Positions 17,955 through 25,786 of a stretch of 64,000 nucleotides of DNA are shown here, one piece after another. Made by a program: the position numbers and the translations under genes. Source of the stretch: a virus (Duplodnaviria; Caudoviricetes); IMG/VR virus record IMGVR_UViG_2926965794_000002, positions 45,941 through 109,940 of that record; one strand, given 5' to 3'. The first letter of the stretch is position 1; each line of letters begins with the position of its first letter. The notes beneath the pieces are model-generated. The model worked only from the letters and a program-made list of their open reading frames with translations, was not told the origin of the DNA and searched no databases.

Positions 17955-20315
17955 ATGCAGCATTCCGCCACCTATTCGCCCGATGATAACAAGCTGCGCC
18001 TTTATCCGGCGCACCGCCTGGACGCCGAGGAGTACGCGCGCGTGAAGGCCGCCGGCTTCAAGTGGGCGCCGCGCCAAGAACTGTTCGTCAAACCGTCCTG
18101 GAGCCCAAGCGCCGAAGATTTGCTGATTGAGATGTGTGGCGAGATCGGCGACGAGGACAAGAGCCTGGTAGAGCGCGCCGAGGATCGCGCCGACCGCTTC
18201 GACGAGTACAGCGACAAGCGGCTTTCAGAAGCCAACCGCGCGCGCGAGGCCGTGGACCAGATCGCGGAACGGTTCGCGATGGGGCAGCCGATCTTGGTCG
18301 GCCATCATTCGGAGAAGAGCGCCCGCAGGGACAAAGAGCGCATGGATTCCGGCATGCGCAAGGCTCTCAAACTCTGGGACACCTCGAAATATTGGACGGC
18401 GCGCGCGGCCGGCGCCATCGCTCACGCGAAATACAAGGAACTGCCGGCGGTGCGTCATCGCCGCATCAAGGGCATTGAGTCCGATAAGCGGAAGCTGGAA
18501 CGCCAGCAAGCAGAAACCGAAAGGCAGCTGAAGGCCTGGCAGATCGTCGCCGGCATCACCGACCTGGAGAAGCAGCGCGCGGCCGGTCTGACCGTGGCCA
18601 ACAGCAGCGGTTATTGGTCGATGTCGTTTCCGCTGGCTGACTATCCGCGCGATCCGCCCGCCTCGCAGTATGAGGGACCGATGGGCCTTTGGTCCGCAAT
18701 TGACGGGAACGTCATCACCGCCGCGCAGGCCGCCGCTATCGCGATTCCGAGCCTGCAGCGTTCCGGGCCTTGGCGAGACCGTTGGGTTGCGCACTATGAC
18801 AACCGGCTGGCCTATGAACGCGCGATGTTGGCCGAGCAGATCGGCACCGAGGCGACCGCCAACCCGCTGGCCGACCGCTTCGCCTTCGCCGTCGGCGGCG
18901 AGGTGCAGACACGTCGCAGCGATGAATGGGTTACGGTGTTGAAGGTCAACCGCGGCGCTAACGGTTCAGTTTCCAGCATGACGACGACCACGCCGGCCGG
19001 ATCGCGCGGCAAGCAAGCGCATTGGAAGGTGGAGAGCATCCGCGATTATCGCGCGCCGAGCGCCGAGAACGTCGCCGCAGCGAAGGCCGCAACCAAGCTG
19101 CCGCCGCTCTGCAACTATCCCGGCGAGGGATTCCGCGAGATGACGGAGACCGAATGGAAGGGCCGCCGGCAGTTCTCGGATTTCTCCTATATCGGCAAGG
19201 TGAAGGAGACCGAGACCCACGGCGCGCATCGCGTGCGGCAAATGCCGACGCCCGGCGAATTCTGGAAGAAACAGCAAGTTTTCATTACGGATGCAAAGCG
19301 CGTCGATCCGCCCAAGATCGCGCCGGCAGCCGAGCCGCAGGCGCCCGCGGAATTCGTCGCCGAGTATGTAGCGCCGCCCGCTGTTGATATTGACGCCATG
19401 CTGGCAACGGTCGGCGAGATCACCGGCGCACCGGTCGAGACCGTCACCCAGGACGAGCCCGAGGCCGTGCCGGCGCTGGTCCCGGTTGCGCCCGCGGAGG
19501 AGCCGCGACGCCTCGGCGACGCTAAGGCGGAGGCCCAGCGCATCGGCGCTGAGATCATCACCGGACTCGGCCAGTTCCGTGTTGGCCTCGGCCAGCACGT
19601 CACCGACTGGTGCGACGATGAGGCGACGGCCTGGCGGCAGTTCTGCGAACTGGCTGGCGTGCCGTTCGAAGCCGAGGCGGTGCCGGCGGACCTGCGGCCG
19701 CGCGTTCTCGCCCCGGTCCCGGATACGGCCGATTCGCCGGAGCCGACCGCGGCGGACAGCTTCGAGGCAATGCGGGCCATGCTGAAAGGCGGCGGCGTTC
19801 AAGTCGTCGTTGCGCCTCAACTCTTCCCGACCTCGAACGAACTTGCCGCGGACGTCGCCGAGGCCGCCGACATCCGGCCCGGGCAGCGCATCTTGGAGCC
19901 GAGCGCAGGAACCGGCGCGCTTATCGAGGCCGCGCGCAACTGTGCCGATGGTCTCCAGGTGGTGGCGGTCGAGATCAACACCAAACTGTGCCAGGCGCTG
20001 GCCAACCGCTTCACCGGGTTGACCGTCATCAATGCGGACTTTCTCGACATGGCCGGCGCAACGGACAAGTTTGACCGGATCATCATGAATCCGCCATTCG
20101 AGCGCGGCGCCGACATCAAGCACATTGAGAACGCGCGGCGCTTCCTGAAACCTGACGGCCGACTGGTCGCCATCTGCGCCGACGGACCGCGCCAGCGCGC
20201 GAAGCTCGAACCGATCGCGGTGGAGTATCGCGCCCTGCCCCCGGGATCCTTCAAGGCCGCCGGAACGATGGTCAACACGGCGCTCGTCGTGATCGATGGG
20301 CCGCCGCCGAGATAG
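17955..20315 (+). CDS. DUF3560-domain protein fused to an N6-adenine-type methyltransferase
   Basis: 'ATYSPDDNKLRLY', 'GQPILVGHHSEKSARRD'; C-terminal 'LFPT', 'ILEPSAGTG', 'IMNPPF'; follows repeat A copy 8. Confidence 0.85.
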   Translation: MQHSATYSPDDNKLRLYPAHRLDAEEYARVKAAGFKWAPRQELFVKPSWSPSAEDLLIEMCGEIGDEDKSLVERAEDRADRFDEYSDKRLSEANRAREAVDQIAERFAMGQPILVGHHSEKSARRDKERMDSGMRKALKLWDTSKYWTARAAGAIAHAKYKELPAVRHRRIKGIESDKRKLERQQAETERQLKAWQIVAGITDLEKQRAAGLTVANSSGYWSMSFPLADYPRDPPASQYEGPMGLWSAIDGNVITAAQAAAIAIPSLQRSGPWRDRWVAHYDNRLAYERAMLAEQIGTEATANPLADRFAFAVGGEVQTRRSDEWVTVLKVNRGANGSVSSMTTTTPAGSRGKQAHWKVESIRDYRAPSAENVAAAKAATKLPPLCNYPGEGFREMTETEWKGRRQFSDFSYIGKVKETETHGAHRVRQMPTPGEFWKKQQVFITDAKRVDPPKIAPAAEPQAPAEFVAEYVAPPAVDIDAMLATVGEITGAPVETVTQDEPEAVPALVPVAPAEEPRRLGDAKAEAQRIGAEIITGLGQFRVGLGQHVTDWCDDEATAWRQFCELAGVPFEAEAVPADLRPRVLAPVPDTADSPEPTAADSFEAMRAMLKGGGVQVVVAPQLFPTSNELAADVAEAADIRPGQRILEPSAGTGALIEAARNCADGLQVVAVEINTKLCQALANRFTGLTVINADFLDMAGATDKFDRIIMNPPFERGADIKHIENARRFLKPDGRLVAICADGPRQRAKLEPIAVEYRALPPGSFKAAGTMVNTALVVIDGPPPR

Positions 20316-20391
20316 CCCCCGGCTGCGCCTACCTCCCGGCTACGATCGATTTTGAACCGCGCAACTGTGCGCAATTTTGAAAGGACACCGA

Positions 20392-20898
20392 ATGCCCATG
20401 ACCTTCGAGCAGTTTCAGGCCACCCGCACCGAATGCGCCGACATCGGCGCAGCCATCAGCACCGATATGGGGATAACCGAGCCAGTGCCCGGCTTTCTGT
20501 ACCTCGGGACGTTCTATATCGAGGGCATGACGTCAACCTGGCCCGACGAGGCGCGCGCGCAGGGGACGTATCACCTCCTGATCGAGCGCGACGAATGGAT
20601 TAGCGACGACCTCGAAGCGTTGGAGCGCCACCTTTTTGAGTTTGCGCTCGCCTCTGGTGCCGAAATGGGAATTGACGACCTCTGCGCCGAGTACAAGACC
20701 TGGAACAAGGCGCAAGGCCTCAACCTCAGCAGCGCTGATGAGCATCTGGCCGACGAGACGCTTTCCGAGGAGCAGCGCGGTTGGCTGCGCGACTTCTCCA
20801 GCCGTTGGGAAGAGGCTGAGCAGCGCGCGCGGCGTCACAAGTGCCAGCACCGCGACAGCGGGCGCGGCGTCTGCATCGACTGCGGCGCAGCCCTTTGA
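20392..20898 (+). CDS. Hypothetical acidic protein with C-terminal Cys/His cluster
   Basis: ATG follows repeat A copy 9; ends 'CQHRDSGRGVCIDCG'. Confidence 0.7.
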   Translation: MPMTFEQFQATRTECADIGAAISTDMGITEPVPGFLYLGTFYIEGMTSTWPDEARAQGTYHLLIERDEWISDDLEALERHLFEFALASGAEMGIDDLCAEYKTWNKAQGLNLSSADEHLADETLSEEQRGWLRDFSSRWEEAEQRARRHKCQHRDSGRGVCIDCGAAL

Positions 20899-20933
20899 CC
20901 CCTCGGCTACGACCGATTTGACGGAGGCTCCTC

Positions 20934-21101
20934 ATGCTCACAATTGAGATAATCGCGACCGCGACGGGCAAATGCATCAAGCGCTGTGCGTTCGAGGCCG
21001 CGACGGTTTCGGATCGCGCCGCGGTGTTCCTGTCATTCCTCAATTACTGGGAACGGCATTTCGGACAGCAGACCGATTACACCTGGCGCACACCCGCATA
21101 G
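20934..21101 (+). CDS. Hypothetical protein (55 aa; below the ORF-track cutoff)
   Basis: GGAGG RBS after a repeat B copy; MLTIEIIATATGKCIKRCAFEAA... Confidence 0.6.
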   Translation: MLTIEIIATATGKCIKRCAFEAATVSDRAAVFLSFLNYWERHFGQQTDYTWRTPA

Positions 21102-21116
21102 GAAGGAGGTTGACTC

Positions 21117-21434
21117 ATGACGACCAAGAAGCCCGATATCTACTCCGGCCCCATCGAAGGCGCGCGCGCCGCCATCATCGAAGCGCTCGGCGGTGCATTC
21201 GCAACCCCGCCAGCCTCGCCGCCCGAACGCCAGCTGACCGACGACGAGAAGGCCTTTATCGCCCGCATGGCGCCGCACGTCATGGCCGGCAAGACGATGG
21301 AGGAAGCCGCGGCGGCCGTCGTCCAGGACGATGAGCGGCTTTGGCTGACCGCTACGGAGGACTCCGACGTTGGCCGCGCGATCCGCGACGAGCTCGCCGC
21401 CACGGTCTACGCCGCGGCGCGATCTGCGACATAG
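21117..21434 (+). CDS. Hypothetical protein (105 aa)
   Basis: AAGGAGG RBS. Confidence 0.7.
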   Translation: MTTKKPDIYSGPIEGARAAIIEALGGAFATPPASPPERQLTDDEKAFIARMAPHVMAGKTMEEAAAAVVQDDERLWLTATEDSDVGRAIRDELAATVYAAARSAT

Positions 21435-21509
21435 AGACGGCTGCACCTCCCGCTTACGACCGATTTCCCAATACCCCCTCGGCTACGGCCGATTTGAGAG
21501 GAGTCCGAA

Positions 21510-22133
21510 ATGCCTCGACGCAAATCCAAACTGCCGGCACCGAAACCGCCGATCGAGATCGGCGACTATTTCGCCCATCGCGGTCTCGACAATGTCACTG
21601 TCCGTCTAAAAACAGGCCCTCTTGACAACAACTTCTTTTCGCTCCGCGACGAGCACATCACGCAGTGCTCGACTTTCGAAGGTGCCGAGCGCCTGGCAGC
21701 GCTGATGAATCAGGCTCGCGACCTCGCCCGTGACTATCGCATGGTCTCCAATATCGGCGGTCAATTCGGCGGCCGCGATCAGATCGCAGGCTACATCGCG
21801 CGTCACGTCGCCAATGCCCTCGACGTGCCACACCGATACGTCTCACCGGACGAGCACACCCGCGAGACGCTCAATGAATACGGCCGTCAGGTCGGCGATC
21901 TCGCGCGGTTCTTCGCCTTCCTGGATGCGACCGGTACGCCGGCCACGCTCGATGACTTCAAGGCCCGGGCCATGCTGCGCCGGCATGCTATCAACGACCG
22001 CGACTGCACGTACTGCGACCACGACCGTTCCCGCGAGGTTGTCCGTGCTTGGCGCCGCACCTTCGATCCGTCGACCGCCGCGGCAGATCGCGCCGCGCAG
22101 GTTCTCCGGGAGATAGAGGCCGCAACATCATGA
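21510..22133 (+). CDS. Hypothetical protein (207 aa)
   Basis: GAGGAG RBS after paired repeat B copies. Confidence 0.7.
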   Translation: MPRRKSKLPAPKPPIEIGDYFAHRGLDNVTVRLKTGPLDNNFFSLRDEHITQCSTFEGAERLAALMNQARDLARDYRMVSNIGGQFGGRDQIAGYIARHVANALDVPHRYVSPDEHTRETLNEYGRQVGDLARFFAFLDATGTPATLDDFKARAMLRRHAINDRDCTYCDHDRSREVVRAWRRTFDPSTAAADRAAQVLREIEAATS

Positions 22134-22405
22134 CCAACGAACAAATGGTTTCAGCCGCCGGCATCAAGGTCGTGACCCGTGCCGAGTTCGACGCCGCGAC
22201 CGACGTTCCCGCCGGCGTGCGCCTGGTGGCCAATCGGCTGTTCAAACGCTGGGGCGGCGACTTCGTGGTGTACGACCCGGCCGGCGGCGATGACGGCTGG
22301 CTGCTCATCGACGATGATCGAGAACAGATCATCGGCGAGACGATCGAACACCTCGGACGGCTCAACCCTGAGCCGTCGGCGCCGGCGCAAGGCTCGCTTT
22401 TCTGA
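22130..22405 (+). CDS. Hypothetical protein
   Basis: ATGA coupling, MTNEQMV... Confidence 0.6.
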   Translation: MTNEQMVSAAGIKVVTRAEFDAATDVPAGVRLVANRLFKRWGGDFVVYDPAGGDDGWLLIDDDREQIIGETIEHLGRLNPEPSAPAQGSLF

Positions 22406-22623
22406 TGACACTGAGGCCCTGGAAAGAGTTGACCCGCGACCAGCGGGCCGAGCGCCTCGGCGACGCGCGGCGATGGAAGAAGCCCGCCGAGCCTGGAGAC
22501 AAGCGGGCAGCCGAACTGCTGCGGCGGCTCGAGTCCGGAGAACCCTTGACCCGGGCCGACCTAAAGGAGGCCCGCGCGCTGCTGCGCGCCAAACGAGGAA
22601 GGAATCAAGATGAGACAGGTTAG
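22405..22623 (+). CDS. Hypothetical protein (72 aa)
   Basis: TGATG coupling. Confidence 0.55.
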   Translation: MTLRPWKELTRDQRAERLGDARRWKKPAEPGDKRAAELLRRLESGEPLTRADLKEARALLRAKRGRNQDETG

Positions 22624-22975
22624 ACGCGTGCCCGCCGATTGGCAGCACCCCCGCAACTCCGGAGGCCGGTATGTCCCGCTGCTGGAGACTGCCCCGGATG
22701 CGCCCGCGCCCGATCCTACCCGCCACATGCCGGCTTGGCCAGCGGCGCAGCGCACGCACTGGCAGCTGTACGAGACCACCAGCGCCGGCACGCCGGTTTC
22801 GCCACCCTGCCCGTCACCCGAGGCGTTGGCCAAATGGCTGGCCGGCCACCATGTGGAGGCCGCACCAGGCTTCACGGGAACGGAGGCGCAATGGCTCGGC
22901 GCGATCAAGCGCGGCACCATCCCGCCGGTGATGACCGTCGGCAAGCGCCAGGTCAATCCGCTCGACTACACCTGA
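22610..22975 (+). CDS. Hypothetical phage protein (121 aa)
   Basis: 'RRVPADWQHP', 'WQLYETTSAGTPVSP...EALAKWL'. Confidence 0.7.
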   Translation: MRQVRRVPADWQHPRNSGGRYVPLLETAPDAPAPDPTRHMPAWPAAQRTHWQLYETTSAGTPVSPPCPSPEALAKWLAGHHVEAAPGFTGTEAQWLGAIKRGTIPPVMTVGKRQVNPLDYT

Positions 22976-23068
22976 TCGGCCGGGACTCCCGGCTACGATC
23001 GATTTTGTGCTACCCCCTCGGCTACGGCCGATTCCGGGCGACTGTGCCCAACCGGAAAGGATCTCGAG

Positions 23069-23392
23069 ATGTCACCACCCCGATTTGCTCACCGCAAGAT
23101 CACGAGCGAAGATTTCAAGGCCGAGCTGGCCAAGCAAGGCATGTCGGTGCCGGCGTTCGCGCGCGTCTGGTGCCAGAACCTGTCTACGGTGAAGAAGTGG
23201 GCGAATGGCGGGAACGATATCCCGACCTGGGTGCCGATCGCGCTCACCATGATGACGCTGCCGAATGCCCATGGCACCGCTCGCATGGCGGCGGCGGCGA
23301 TGATCGAAGAGGATCGGCTGCATCCCGAGCTCGGGAAATTCCCCTATCAGAAGCTTCGGCAGATGCCGGCGGACGACGAGATCGAGGAATAG
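23069..23392 (+). CDS. HTH (XRE-like) regulator, last gene of the cluster
   Basis: 'DFKAELAKQGMSVPAFARVWCQNLSTVKKWANGGNDIP'; preceded by a degenerate repeat A. Confidence 0.75.
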   Translation: MSPPRFAHRKITSEDFKAELAKQGMSVPAFARVWCQNLSTVKKWANGGNDIPTWVPIALTMMTLPNAHGTARMAAAAMIEEDRLHPELGKFPYQKLRQMPADDEIEE

Positions 23393-23400
23393 CCCCCGGG

Positions 23401-23616
23401 CTACGATCGATTTTGCGCGGCCCGGCTGCGCTTCTTCTTCGTCGTGCGCCGATTCTTCGGCTGCGATCGCTTCGCTGCCGGCGTCGTCGGCGCGTCCTTT
23501 GCTGCGGCCGCGGCATCACGGGCATCAAGCTCGCGCTTCAACGCCTGATTACGCTCCCAGTTGGCTTCGCGGAAAGCGCGGAGTCCGTCAGCGCGCGTAG
23601 TTGGCTCTTTTGACAT
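23401..23616 (-). CDS. Small basic hypothetical protein
   Basis: GGAGG RBS downstream of the HNH gene. Confidence 0.5.
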   Translation of the reverse strand: MSKEPTTRADGLRAFREANWERNQALKRELDARDAAAAAKDAPTTPAAKRSQPKNRRTTKKKRSRAAQNRS

Positions 23617-23625
23617 GCCTCCCTC

Positions 23626-23970
23626 CTACGATCTCATGCGGTTTGCTCGAGCCTGAATGCCCGACCTGGTGTTGTGCGAGTTGCAGGCGCAGCGCCCGTT
23701 GGTCAGATCCAGCGCTAGTTCCGGATTGTCGCGGATATCCCTGATGTGGTCGGCATACATCTGGTGACCGTTGGCGCGGCTGCGCTCGCAGCGGAGGCCG
23801 TTCTCGACATACTCGCAACGCCAGCCGGCGCGCCGCTTCACCTTCTCGGCCCAGTCCTTGTGCTCGGCGGTCTGGTAGTGAGGATCCGCGCGCTTCGGCA
23901 GGATTGTCGCCTTCCGGGTGTCCAGCGTCTGGATGCGCGAGCTGAGGCTCGGAATGCGAGCTCGAGTCAC
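23626..23970 (-). CDS. HNH endonuclease (HK97 gp74-like packaging cofactor)
   Basis: 'RAGWRCE...C...ADHI...NGRCACNSHN'. Confidence 0.8.
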   Translation of the reverse strand: MTRARIPSLSSRIQTLDTRKATILPKRADPHYQTAEHKDWAEKVKRRAGWRCEYVENGLRCERSRANGHQMYADHIRDIRDNPELALDLTNGRCACNSHNTRSGIQARANRMRS

Positions 23971-24161
23971 CGCCCACCCCCTTTCTCATTGCGCCTTGGG
24001 CCGAACATCTTCCGGCCCATCGAGCGAAGCATCTCGCGCTGATCCCAGGTCATCTGGTCGCGATCGACGTCGACCAGGAGGAGACCGTATTCACGCCAAA
24101 CCCGCTGTTTCGTTTCCAGGGGGGTCTCACGGGTGTTGGGGGCAAACCTTCCAAGCGACAT
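23967..24161 (-). CDS. Hypothetical protein (64 aa)
   Basis: Coupled to the HNH gene. Confidence 0.5.
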   Translation of the reverse strand: MSLGRFAPNTRETPLETKQRVWREYGLLLVDVDRDQMTWDQREMLRSMGRKMFGPRRNEKGGGR

Positions 24162-24171
24162 CGATCCAGCC

Positions 24172-25083
24172 CTACTTCCGCAAGCCCATGCCGGCAGCGG
24201 TCTTCAACCGCCGTACCGCGTCCCATGTCCGGTCGATGATCTCGACACCGTCGTAAAGCCTCACCAGCGCGTTCAGCGCGATCCGGAAGTCGGAGTTGTT
24301 GGTGCGATGCTCCTCGCCGCCATGCATCCGGACGTCCTCGCTGCTGCACTCGAGACCGATCCTGACGAGGAGGATGTCGAACTGCCGCTGGCCGAGCCGG
24401 CGCTCGACATCCCGGAGACGTCCGCTGGCCTCGAGGGCGATGGTGTGCGAGGGCGAGCCGCCGCCGCCGCCATCGACCTTGTCCTGCAGCGCGAAGCCTC
24501 GCGATCCGTGGAACGTGGCCAAGTCGAAATCGCGTCGGAAGCGATCTGCGGCGCTCTGGCGCAGCTTGTCCTCTGGATCCGCGGCGCCGCGTTTCTTGGA
24601 TTCCGTGAGATTGAGGTGCGACGCTCGGACCGTGTCGACCAGTACGTTGAGCCTTGGATTTTGTGGGTCCGGGATGGTGTGCTTGCGCCGGCCGCTGGCC
24701 AGGCGCTCGGCTTCGTCTGCCGCCTTCTGCTCTTTTTTGGTGAGCGGCTTGCCCCAGAGATTCAGCGGGTCGGTGGAGTCGATCGTCCCGCTTCGGAAGC
24801 CCTGCTGGAACAGCTTGTTCCGGTGCAAGGCCTCCTTCACGCGGCGCGCACCCTCGGTGTCGCGGTCCATCAGGTACTCGACCACGAACTCCTGGATGAC
24901 GCGCTGCCGGCGGCGCGTCTCCTCAAACAGGAGCTGACCTTCATAGGTCAGCCCCTTGTACGACTCCATTGGTCGAGCGCGCCGGATGTCGCGCATGAAA
25001 GCACGGGCTCGGCGATCGCGCTCCTTGTCGACGTGTACCGGTGCGATATCCGTGATCTGTGCTTGAGACATTCTATCCTCCAC
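24172..25083 (-). CDS. DUF6456-like protein; candidate late-gene activator/antiterminator
   Basis: 'QSAADRFRRDFDLA...KVDGGGGG...FRIALNALVRLY'; occupies the Q-equivalent position. Start may be 25071. Confidence 0.55.
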   Translation of the reverse strand: MEDRMSQAQITDIAPVHVDKERDRRARAFMRDIRRARPMESYKGLTYEGQLLFEETRRRQRVIQEFVVEYLMDRDTEGARRVKEALHRNKLFQQGFRSGTIDSTDPLNLWGKPLTKKEQKAADEAERLASGRRKHTIPDPQNPRLNVLVDTVRASHLNLTESKKRGAADPEDKLRQSAADRFRRDFDLATFHGSRGFALQDKVDGGGGGSPSHTIALEASGRLRDVERRLGQRQFDILLVRIGLECSSEDVRMHGGEEHRTNNSDFRIALNALVRLYDGVEIIDRTWDAVRRLKTAAGMGLRK

Positions 25084-25786
25084 GCAGAATCACGAATAAG
25101 TTTTGCGGAGGTGATTTGTCTACGATTGCAAGCGGAAAGTTGACGGCTCATCCACCGTCGATCTGTCTTTGACCCGGGAGGTACTCATACATCGCCGGTG
25201 ATTTCGCTTCGCCGGACATCGACGCCTCTGGTCAATCGTAGCTAAGTTGCGATAGTCGACGTGGCGACCTAACCGAGGACTTCCGGTTACCCTCGAACGG
25301 CCGACCTTTCCGGTGGTCATACAGACCGTCAGCCAACAGGAGACATCAGGAGGTTGCCCTCGCTAGGCCACCAACTGGACTATTAGAGACGGAGCGTAGG
25401 ACCGCGGGCGCAGCCACCACTTACTAGTAGCGATCTTACGACGCACAGCCGCGCCAAGAAGCAACCTTTACAATAGCACCAACGCTGTGGCACCATCCAG
25501 ACGTGCATGAACTTTTGACGTTGTCTGGCCGACGGAGACGGCATGGCGCGCGACGTTCTCACATGCCAGCGCAGAGTTGAGCGCGACCATCATCGCACGG
25601 TTGCGGCGGGATTAGCTTTGCTTTTCGCCGGTTTGGTATTTGGCTTCATACCATTCGCGCATGCCGACGATTTTGAACCTGTGAGCACTCTGCAATTCGT
25701 GGCCCGCCTGGTCTGGGTGGTACTGAAGTGCTGTAGCTATTGGTTATTGCAGATTGAAGAGAGGGCGTTTTTTGGAGGAGGCGTTC

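Larger units (their letters stand above)
12650..23061 (+). repeat. Dispersed repeat A, CGCGCGATTGTGCGCAAATCGAAAGGA (~10 copies), each directly upstream of an ATG
   Basis: Copies at 12650, 13366, 13787, 14294, 15432, 15993, 17374, 17919, 20358 and degenerate 23035; all intergenic, same strand, ending in the SD. Confidence 0.93.
17826..23415 (+). repeat. Dispersed repeat B, CCC(T)CGGCTACG(A/G)(T/C)CGATTT (~9 copies), located after stop codons
   Basis: Copies at ~17826, 17849, 20336, 20899, 21449, 21475, 22988, 23014, 23395. Confidence 0.85.

Noticed and set aside
12650-23415. Repeats A/B as a CRISPR array
   Set aside because: Spacing is hundreds to thousands of bp with whole genes between copies; no cas genes
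12650-23415. Classical integron (attC cassettes)
   Set aside because: No integron integrase in the window and the repeats lack attC RYYYAAC/GTTRRRY ends; only a cassette-like analogy is kept
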